Assembly: GCA_041752695.1 (NCBI GenBank)
Contig: JBGSVZ010000098.1
Span: 1-64,000, forward strand
Origin: Terrimicrobiaceae bacterium
GTDB lineage: Bacteria > Verrucomicrobiota > Verrucomicrobiia > Chthoniobacterales > Terrimicrobiaceae
DNA: 64,000 bases
Reading direction: 5' to 3'
The translations under genes were made by a program, and so were the position numbers. Numbering within the stretch: position 1 is the stretch's first letter; the number at the start of each line of letters is the position of its first letter. This document shows positions 56,992 to 64,000 of this stretch, piece by piece. The notes under the pieces were generated by a model that was given only the letters and a program-made list of their open reading frames with translations, did not search any database and was not told the DNA's origin.

Positions 56992-57881
56992 TGGTTCTCG
57001 GCCGAAATGGTCGTAAAGATTGCCCGGTGGTCGCTGGCGTCGTTCCAGAAGGGCGAGTCGTTGATCCCTGAGCGGTCGAAATTGATTTCTTTGGTCAGCG
57101 CCGGACTCACCATGAGGTAGTCGATGCGGGCGTACTCGTCGGCCGTTTTCCAGTAGTGGGTCCACCGGTGCCCGCGGCTGTCTTGCAGCCAAAGGTCCAT
57201 CATGTAATTGGGCGACCCTTTTTTCCCGATCAGCTCACGGATGGGATAGGTGTTTTTGGTGTCGTTGAGGTCGCCGAAGAGGAGCAGGTTGGACTGAGGA
57301 TCCGTTTCGAGGATGCGGTTGAGGTGATCGCGCAAATACCAGGCTTCCTTTGCGCGCATCCAGGCTTCGTCGTATTCCTCAACCGTGCGGCGGGACTTGA
57401 GGTGGGCCCCGACGAGGCGGAGTTGATAGTTGGAGTTGATCTGCACGGTTGCGTCAAGGATGCCGCGATTGATTCGCTCGCGTTTGCCGTTGAGGTCGAA
57501 GGAGACATCGCCCCGGGAATTGCGGGCCACGATGGGGAAGCGGCTGAGCAGGGCGACATGGCGCACTTCATCGGCGCCCTGCACCCATTCGGAGTGCGGA
57601 TAATCGAGTCCGGCGGCCTTGAGGCGTTTCTGGAGGTCCGCGACCATCGACTCGTCGCCGATCTCCACCACACCGAGAATGTCCGGCTTGATCGTGGTGA
57701 GGACCTTGATGGCGGCCTCAATTTCCGCTTCGGGTTTCGGGGCGTTTTTGAGGTTCTTTCCCTCCACCCGCCGGTCCATGGGCAGGTAGTTCTGCACATT
57801 GTAAGCGGCAAAAACAATTTCCTCCGCGCCGAGGTGGAGGCAAAAAAACAAGCTGGCCAGCCAGCAAATGGCCCTGCGCAT
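56988..57881 (-). CDS. Secreted endonuclease/exonuclease/phosphatase
   Basis: YNVQNY, AHLKS, GDLND, RIDY, ASDH. Confidence 0.9.
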   Translation of the reverse strand: MRRAICWLASLFFCLHLGAEEIVFAAYNVQNYLPMDRRVEGKNLKNAPKPEAEIEAAIKVLTTIKPDILGVVEIGDESMVADLQKRLKAAGLDYPHSEWVQGADEVRHVALLSRFPIVARNSRGDVSFDLNGKRERINRGILDATVQINSNYQLRLVGAHLKSRRTVEEYDEAWMRAKEAWYLRDHLNRILETDPQSNLLLFGDLNDTKNTYPIRELIGKKGSPNYMMDLWLQDSRGHRWTHYWKTADEYARIDYLMVSPALTKEINFDRSGINDSPFWNDASDHRAIFTTISAENQ

Positions 57882-57898
57882 GGAGGGAAGCGCGGTGC

Positions 57899-58132
57899 CT
57901 AGGGGTGCGAGTGAGGTTGTTTGTCGGCCGGTTCCTTAACCTCAAGCTCCGCAGTGGTCTTGCGCACTTCGCGGTCGAATTCGTCGCGGGCTTTTTTGAA
58001 CTCCCCGAGGCTTTGGCCAATCCCTCGCGCGAGCTCAGGCAGCTTTTTGGCCCCAAAGACCAGAATCACGATAATTCCGATGATAATCCATTCGGGCAGG
58101 CCAGGCATGCCGAGAGCAAGCGGGAGATTCAT
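57899..58132 (-). CDS. tatA: Twin-arginine translocase TatA
   Basis: LVFGAKKLPELARGIGQSLGEFKKA. Confidence 0.93.
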   Translation of the reverse strand: MNLPLALGMPGLPEWIIIGIIVILVFGAKKLPELARGIGQSLGEFKKARDEFDREVRKTTAELEVKEPADKQPHSHP

Positions 58133-58237
58133 ACCAATTAAACTACTACGCACACGGCAGGTTGCAAGAAAAGCTCACGGGGAACCGATTTTGCCTTTGC
58201 GGGACCGGCTCCAGCCGGACGGGAATTTGCAGGCTTT

Positions 58238-58918
58238 TTACAGCTCCACGGAGGAACCGATTGCCGGCAAATGCAGCACGATGCCGGCGGATTCGAAGGT
58301 CGCCTGCGCGGCGGCGTGATCGATTTTGATCGGGGGGAAGGTGTCGTAATGCACCCCGACCACGGTGCGGCATTGCACGAACCCTGCGGCGCGGACGGCG
58401 TCCTTTGCCCCCATGGTGAAATTGTCCCCGATGGGCAGGACAGCGAAACGCAGGGCAAATTCCTCCCCGATGAGCTGCATGTCGGAGGTAAGCGCCGTGT
58501 CACCGGCGTAATAAAAAGCGCCTTCCGCGTTCTCCACCACGAATCCGCCGGGGTTTCCGCCGTAAGTGCCATCGGGCAGGACGCTGGAGTGGATGGCATT
58601 GACAAATTTGACGCGGCCAAAGTCGAAGGCAAAGGCCCCGCCGTGATTCATGGGGTGGGCATTTTTCGCGCCCTGTTTCTCCAGCCAGGTGAAAATTTCG
58701 AAGTTGGAAATGACCGTCGCCCCGGTCTGTCCGGCCAATTCGACGGCGTCCGCGATGTGGTCGAAATGACCATGGGAGACCAGAATGTAGTCCGCGCGGA
58801 TGGCGGTGAAATCCACCTCGTTCGCCAGGGTATTGGGTTTGATGAAGGGGTCGAAGAGCAGGGTTTTGCCAGCGGTTTCCACGCTGAAGCACGAGTGGCC
58901 GAAGGAGGTGAGTTTCAT
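58238..58918 (-). CDS. UPF0173 metal-dependent hydrolase (MBL fold)
   Basis: GHSCF, SHGHFDH, YYAGDT, LPIGDNFTMG. Confidence 0.9.
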   Translation of the reverse strand: MKLTSFGHSCFSVETAGKTLLFDPFIKPNTLANEVDFTAIRADYILVSHGHFDHIADAVELAGQTGATVISNFEIFTWLEKQGAKNAHPMNHGGAFAFDFGRVKFVNAIHSSVLPDGTYGGNPGGFVVENAEGAFYYAGDTALTSDMQLIGEEFALRFAVLPIGDNFTMGAKDAVRAAGFVQCRTVVGVHYDTFPPIKIDHAAAQATFESAGIVLHLPAIGSSVEL

Positions 58919-58964
58919 CGCCTAACCAATGAATCTTCGGTCGCGCCGGACGGCAAGCGTGCGG

Positions 58965-59747
58965 TTAGGAAATCCTGCGTAGCCGGTAGCGGCTGTCGTG
59001 CTGTTCGACCTCGAGCGGCGCCCGGAAGATCGCACTGAGCACCTGATCGGTAAGCCCTTGGTCGAGCGGGCCGGTGTAGTGAACGCGGCCATTTTTCAAA
59101 GCGAGCAAATGGGTGAATTCCGGCAGAATCTCCTCGATATGATGGGTGACAAAAACGAGTCCCGGGGCGTTTTTCCGGGCGGCGAGTCGGCGGAGGTCGC
59201 GGAGGAAACGCTCCCGAGCGACGGGGTCGAGTCCAGCGCAGGGTTCGTCGAGGATGAGGATCGCCGGATCAGCCATCAGAGCGCGGGCGATGAGAATGCG
59301 CTGACGTTCGCCTTGCGAAAGCACTTCCCACCGGCGTCCCGCCGCATAGCCAATCCGCAAAAGCCGGAGAAGGCGGAGGGCCTGGGTCTTTTCGGCGGCG
59401 CTGATCCGGCCCCAATAGCCAATCATGGCGCGTTGGCCCCCTGCCACGATTTCGAGGCCGGTGTCTTCGTCATGACAGAGGTGCGCGATGCTGGCGCTCA
59501 CCACGCCGACATGCTGACGCAGTTCCCTCCAGTCGGTTTCGCCAAACTCTTCGCCCAGCAGAATAATTGTGCCGGTCGTCGGGGTCATGTAGCCAGTAAT
59601 GGCATTCAGCAGCGAGGTTTTGCCCGAGCCGTTTGCGCCGAGAATCACCCAATGTTCGCCGGCGTGCATCGTCCAGCCCACGCGGTCCAGTACCCGGACA
59701 TCGCCGCGGCGGATGGTGAGGTTTCGGACGGAAAAAAGTTCGGTCAT
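58965..59747 (-). CDS. ABC ATP-binding protein (ModF/YlmA-like)
   Basis: GANGSGKT, LSQGE, LDEP, VTHH. Confidence 0.9.
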   Translation of the reverse strand: MTELFSVRNLTIRRGDVRVLDRVGWTMHAGEHWVILGANGSGKTSLLNAITGYMTPTTGTIILLGEEFGETDWRELRQHVGVVSASIAHLCHDEDTGLEIVAGGQRAMIGYWGRISAAEKTQALRLLRLLRIGYAAGRRWEVLSQGERQRILIARALMADPAILILDEPCAGLDPVARERFLRDLRRLAARKNAPGLVFVTHHIEEILPEFTHLLALKNGRVHYTGPLDQGLTDQVLSAIFRAPLEVEQHDSRYRLRRIS

Positions 59748-62035
59748 CGGTGGCGGGCGTGGTGTTGGCCGCCGAGGAAAGCCGAAACTTCCCAATGTGA
59801 GGAGAAAATCCGAATGGTCACCGCCCCGGTCTGATCCTGGCGGAAGAGGTGGATCCCGCGTTCCTGCAGCAGCGCGGCGAATTCCGGGGGGAGAATTTCG
59901 CTTTCTGGGAAATCCGTTGCGGAGGCGATGACAACTTCCGGGGCTGCGGCGGCGAGAAACTCCGCGTCGCCGGAGGGCCCGCTGCGTGGACGGCCCTTCA
60001 CCAAAATATCGCATCGAATTTCTTCCCGGGCGTTGGCCAGCAGCCACTGTTCCGTGGCAAAGCTTGCGTCCGAGAGGAAAAGGATCCGGGTGCCGTCCAC
60101 GTCGAGCCGGGCGACGATGACCTTGTCGTCCGCGACCGTTCGAGAGTTCATCGCCGGAGGATGAAGGATGTGCAGGAGGGTGCCCGGAGCAATTTCCAGC
60201 ACGTCTTTGGACCGGAGCAGCGATTTGGGAAAATCCCGTGCCGAGAGAAATTCTTGAAACCGGCGACGGTGCGGGGAAAGGTCCGTCTGCACGGAGTCTG
60301 CTACTACGATCGGAGGGCAGGAGAGAAAAAGTTCAGGTGCGGCGCTGATATGTTTCGCATCGCCATGCGTCAGGAGCAGGCCGTCGAGGGAACGCCGGCC
60401 CTGCGAGCGCAGGAAGGGAAGCATGGTCGTGTCGAATTGCGCCGCCGGCCCGGGGTCGAGCAGCCAGCCGCGCCCATTGACGGAAATCCAGTTCGCACCA
60501 CCGGCCCCAAAATCAAAGACCACCACCTCCGCGAGGGGAGTCGGAGGGCGGGGCAGCCCGATGTAAACAAAAGAGCCCGGCAGGGAGGCAAACAATCCCA
60601 CCACCCCAAGGAGGAGATGGGTGAGAACCCAGTTGGCCTGATTAAAAACCTCGGACACCCAAATACTGACCCCGCCGAAGAGCAGCGAAAGCATCGCCAC
60701 CGCCATGATCCCGAACGAAATCGGCACGGCCAGCAGATTGGCCGGCAGGGCCGAGACAGAGATAAGGTGAAAATACCCGAGCGTAAGCGGGAGTGAGCCG
60801 GCCCACGCTGCGGCGGAAACTCCCGCAAGACTCGCGAATTTTCGTCCCCCACTGGCCATGAGTCGCTGACCGTAACTGAGCAATTTTTCGGGAAAAAAAG
60901 GATCCGGGCGGAATGGTGTTTCGATCAGCGCCGTGCAGGGGCGGGCCCACAGGAGGATGGCGGCGACGACGGAGAACGAAAGCTGAAAGCCCGCGTTGAA
61001 CACTTGATTCGTATCGCCGAGGAGAATGAGAAACGCGGCGGCGCAGAGGTTGTTAAAAAGCACCGGCTGACGATTCGCGATGAGCCCGCAAAGCACCACC
61101 GAGGTCATGAGCGCGGCCCGCACGCTGGCGGGTTTCCAGCCAGTCATGAACGCATAGAAAAACAGAGCGGGAATGATGAGAAACGCCGCCTGACGGCGGG
61201 TCAGCCGCAACACGCGAAGCAGATACCAGAGCAGCACGGCGAGCATGCCGACGTGCAGGCCGCTGACGGAGAACAAATGATACGTGCCCGTGCCACGGAA
61301 TTGTTCCTGAATCCGTTCGGGCAACGACGAGGTGTCGCCCAGCACCATGGCGACCACGAGGTCGGAGACGGTGGGATCGTTGATCCCTTGCACCAGCGTG
61401 TCGCGCATCCATCCCCGTGCGGCCAAGGCGACGGTCTGCAGGGGATTGCCATGCTGGCCGACCAGAACCGCAATATCCCGAGGATCGTCGGAACGAAGGC
61501 GGGTGAAGACCTGACGCAAGGCGGACCACGCGGCGAAATGGAACTGTCCTGGATTTCGCGGCGGGGGAAGATTTTCCAAGGTTCCCGTCATTCGCACCTC
61601 GTCGCCATACGCCGGGGCGGGCCCGGGCCAGTCCGCCAGCACGGTCACCGGCGGGGCGAAATCCCTCCCATCAACGGAAATTTGCCGCACTCGCAAATCG
61701 AAGCTGCACGACCCCGAGTCGAAGATCCGTGGTTCACTGGCGACGACTCCCCGCACGGTGGCAGGGAGGGAGCGGTCCGCGATCCAATCCGCGAATCGCG
61801 CTCCCGGGGATTCCCGACCCTGCCAGATCTGGGCGGTCGCAAAAACGCACGCCACGAGGGCAAAAAAACCGGATCGACGCCAGAAAAAGAGCGCGGCAAA
61901 CAGGAGCGCCAGCAGAACCCAGACAAGCGAGGGAAAGAGCAGGAACCGGCCGAGCAGAATGCCGGAAATCGCGGCGCCCAGCAGGGGGAGGAATGGCAGT
62001 CTCTGGCGGAGGAGGGATGGATGGCGGGCGGTCAC
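59744..62035 (-). CDS. comEC: ComEC/Rec2 competence protein
   Basis: PPRNPGQF, HLFSVSGLHVG, GFQLSF, C-terminal MBL-like domain; GTG start overlaps the upstream stop. Confidence 0.92.
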   Translation of the reverse strand: MTARHPSLLRQRLPFLPLLGAAISGILLGRFLLFPSLVWVLLALLFAALFFWRRSGFFALVACVFATAQIWQGRESPGARFADWIADRSLPATVRGVVASEPRIFDSGSCSFDLRVRQISVDGRDFAPPVTVLADWPGPAPAYGDEVRMTGTLENLPPPRNPGQFHFAAWSALRQVFTRLRSDDPRDIAVLVGQHGNPLQTVALAARGWMRDTLVQGINDPTVSDLVVAMVLGDTSSLPERIQEQFRGTGTYHLFSVSGLHVGMLAVLLWYLLRVLRLTRRQAAFLIIPALFFYAFMTGWKPASVRAALMTSVVLCGLIANRQPVLFNNLCAAAFLILLGDTNQVFNAGFQLSFSVVAAILLWARPCTALIETPFRPDPFFPEKLLSYGQRLMASGGRKFASLAGVSAAAWAGSLPLTLGYFHLISVSALPANLLAVPISFGIMAVAMLSLLFGGVSIWVSEVFNQANWVLTHLLLGVVGLFASLPGSFVYIGLPRPPTPLAEVVVFDFGAGGANWISVNGRGWLLDPGPAAQFDTTMLPFLRSQGRRSLDGLLLTHGDAKHISAAPELFLSCPPIVVADSVQTDLSPHRRRFQEFLSARDFPKSLLRSKDVLEIAPGTLLHILHPPAMNSRTVADDKVIVARLDVDGTRILFLSDASFATEQWLLANAREEIRCDILVKGRPRSGPSGDAEFLAAAAPEVVIASATDFPESEILPPEFAALLQERGIHLFRQDQTGAVTIRIFSSHWEVSAFLGGQHHARHR

Positions 62036-62592
62036 GGCTGGCCGCAAAATTTGAACAAAAACAGCGAGGTCGTCTTGTCCCGGGAAAAGTAAAACCGCAG
62101 GGCACCGTCGTGCCCCGGGGTGTCGGCGGGCACGGCGCAACTGGCGCGGCGGGAGTGAATCTGGTGGATGCCGAAACGGTTTTTGTTGCGGTAAGGAGCG
62201 CCCCAGACCTCAAGAAGGTTGGCGCGTTTGGTGGTTTCGACGAGGATTTCCTCCAGTTCGCGTCTTTCGTGGGACTCGAAAACCATGGCGTGTTCCCGCT
62301 CGAGGTCCTCGTAGTCGAAAGGCCCTGCCGCTTCGATGCCGCGCCGCGGGAGCGTTTCCCACGTTCCTTGGATGGTGCCGAGGCGGATGCGGGGATCGAA
62401 GCCTGCTTCGCGATTGCGTTTGGAAAGCGTGTTGATCGAGACAAGCGGACGGACGGATCCGGCATTCATCGTGATCCACACGTGGTCCACGTAGTTGGGG
62501 TTCGGGTGATCCTCAACCTGCACCTGCAACTCTCCGCCGACCGCGTGGACAAACGGCGCCCGAAAGGGATCCGAGGCCAGATAACCTGCCAC
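62032..62592 (-). CDS. Hypothetical protein, weakly YukJ/DUF2278-like
   Basis: GIHQIHSRRAS..DGALRFYF..LFLFKFCGQ tail. Confidence 0.6.
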   Translation of the reverse strand: MAGYLASDPFRAPFVHAVGGELQVQVEDHPNPNYVDHVWITMNAGSVRPLVSINTLSKRNREAGFDPRIRLGTIQGTWETLPRRGIEAAGPFDYEDLEREHAMVFESHERRELEEILVETTKRANLLEVWGAPYRNKNRFGIHQIHSRRASCAVPADTPGHDGALRFYFSRDKTTSLFLFKFCGQP

Positions 62593-62612
62593 GCGAGCGG
62601 GATCTGCGGCCG

Positions 62613-63125
62613 TTAGTTGAACGAGAACGGGCTGTAAAGCGACTCCTCGTAGCCGGAGTCGTAGAAGTCGTCGACCATCGGCTGATTGTAGGCAAAGGGC
62701 TGCTGATTTTGATAACCCGGGGTGTTATAATACGCCCTCTTTTGCTCGCCCTTCAGACGTTCGGTCTGGGCGGGGGAATTGTGACCATAAAACCCCTGAG
62801 ATTCGGTGAGGTAGTTCAAAACCTGCGGAGTTGCCCCGGCGGCCTTCAGGGATTCGAGCTGGCCGTAGCTGAAGTTGTAAACCTTGCGCGTGCTGTTGAG
62901 GTACCCGACGATCACATTGGAGGGAACGTCCTTCTGCACCAGTCCGAGGATGTCGCTGTAGCCGAGAACCTGTCCGGAGTTCATCTTGGCCGTGGTTCCC
63001 GGATCCACGCCTTTCGAGGACAAGGTGGACGAGACGGCGGGATCGACCTGTTGGGTGGAAGCGCAGGCAGCCAGGAAAACGAAGGGGACGGAGAGGATGG
63101 CAGGCCGAAGGAAACGAGCGATCAT
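62613..63125 (-). CDS. Hypothetical lipoprotein
   Basis: Lipobox FLAAC. Confidence 0.7.
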   Translation of the reverse strand: MIARFLRPAILSVPFVFLAACASTQQVDPAVSSTLSSKGVDPGTTAKMNSGQVLGYSDILGLVQKDVPSNVIVGYLNSTRKVYNFSYGQLESLKAAGATPQVLNYLTESQGFYGHNSPAQTERLKGEQKRAYYNTPGYQNQQPFAYNQPMVDDFYDSGYEESLYSPFSFN

Positions 63126-63344
63126 GCGAAACTCATATTCCGCGGGAGCGAGGCTGGCAAACTCTTTCCCGTCAGTCGCCGATGGGGATCGCAACGGTTT
63201 TCCATCATCAACTTGCCACCCAGCGACACTGGAAACTGTCCATTTGGAAAGGACTTCCATGCGCGCGGGGAAATGATCGCCGCGCCACCAGTTGCGCGCT
63301 GACTATCCCCTTGTCCTCTGTTGGGGGCCGTCTACTCTTCTCCC

Positions 63345-64000
63345 ATGACCTACGCCTTTTTGGGAGCGGGGAAAATGGCCTTCGCACTTGTTCATGGGAT
63401 CTTGCGGGCCAAGCTCTGCAGTGCCTCCGATATTGTTGTTTCCAGTCGTTCCCGTTCGGGGCTGGAAAGTCTTGTGGCCGCAACCTCGGTTCGGGCCGTT
63501 GCGTCCAACGCCGACGCAGTGAATGGCGCCGATGTGGTGATTCTTTGCGTGAAGCCGGCCGACGCGCTCAAGGCTCTCTCCGACGCCGGGGCGAACTGGA
63601 AGGGCAAATTGCTCATCTCCGTGGCCACCGGGTTGAAAATTTCCACCCTCCGCGATGCGGCGCCTGGCAGCCGGGTCATCCGTGCCATGCCGAATACCGC
63701 GGCCATGGTGGGAAAAAGCGCCACCGCCATTGCGGCGGGCGATTCCGCCTCCCGAAAAGATCTGGCCGCCACGGAACGAATTTTTCGCGCCGTGGGTGAG
63801 GTTTTTTCCGTCGCGGAAGGTCAACTCGACGCGGTCACGGGTCTGAGTGGCAGTGGGCCCGCTTATATCTACCTTATTATGGAAGCGCTTTCGGATGGAG
63901 GGGTCGCCTGTGGTCTTCCCCGCAAGCTCGCTCTCGATCTAGCCATCCAGACCATCCAGGGCGCGGTCGAAATGGCCGCCTCCACCAAGGAGCACCCGGC
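63345..64000 (+). CDS. proC: Pyrroline-5-carboxylate reductase; partial, runs off the window
   Basis: Manual translation MTYAFLGAGKMAFALV..CVKP..RAMPNT..GLSGSGPAY. Confidence 0.95.
   Translation, partial: MTYAFLGAGKMAFALVHGILRAKLCSASDIVVSSRSRSGLESLVAATSVRAVASNADAVNGADVVILCVKPADALKALSDAGANWKGKLLISVATGLKISTLRDAAPGSRVIRAMPNTAAMVGKSATAIAAGDSASRKDLAATERIFRAVGEVFSVAEGQLDAVTGLSGSGPAYIYLIMEALSDGGVACGLPRKLALDLAIQTIQGAVEMAASTKEHP

Noticed and set aside
1..64000. tRNA, rRNA, integrase, transposase or prophage genes
   Set aside because: None recognised by eye, and no target-site duplication was seen around the CRISPR locus. A covariance-model search was not possible.

Overview
High-GC bacterial chromosomal window, probably Verrucomicrobiota (Chthoniobacterales/Terrimicrobium-like). 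This is inferred from a VPEP PEP-CTERM protein, a TIGR02597-like protein and an Akkermansia-type Cas9. Most of the window is housekeeping: tkt, cysH, recO, CCA enzyme, sdhCAB, rbfA-nrnA-truB-ribF, tlyA-nadK, tatA, comEC, proC. The standout is a type II-C CRISPR-Cas locus at about 2177-8766, with 15 repeats/14 spacers, cas2, cas1, cas9 and a divergent tracrRNA. It has several unusual traits. (i) A two-ORF cassette sits between cas9 and cas1, in which a 78-aa ORF is nested out of frame inside a Doc/Fido-like ORF with a degenerate active-site motif and a C-terminal KOW/SH3-like domain. (ii) cas1 is broken by a single in-frame TAG just before its catalytic residues. (iii) The tracrRNA anti-repeat overlaps the only usable cas9 ATG. 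(iv) Every repeat carries a -35/-10-like promoter. (v) The leader is a palindrome with two IHF consensus sites. (vi) The Cas9 C-terminal (PAM-interacting) segment has low GC. All protein assignments come from motifs read by eye; no database searches were run.
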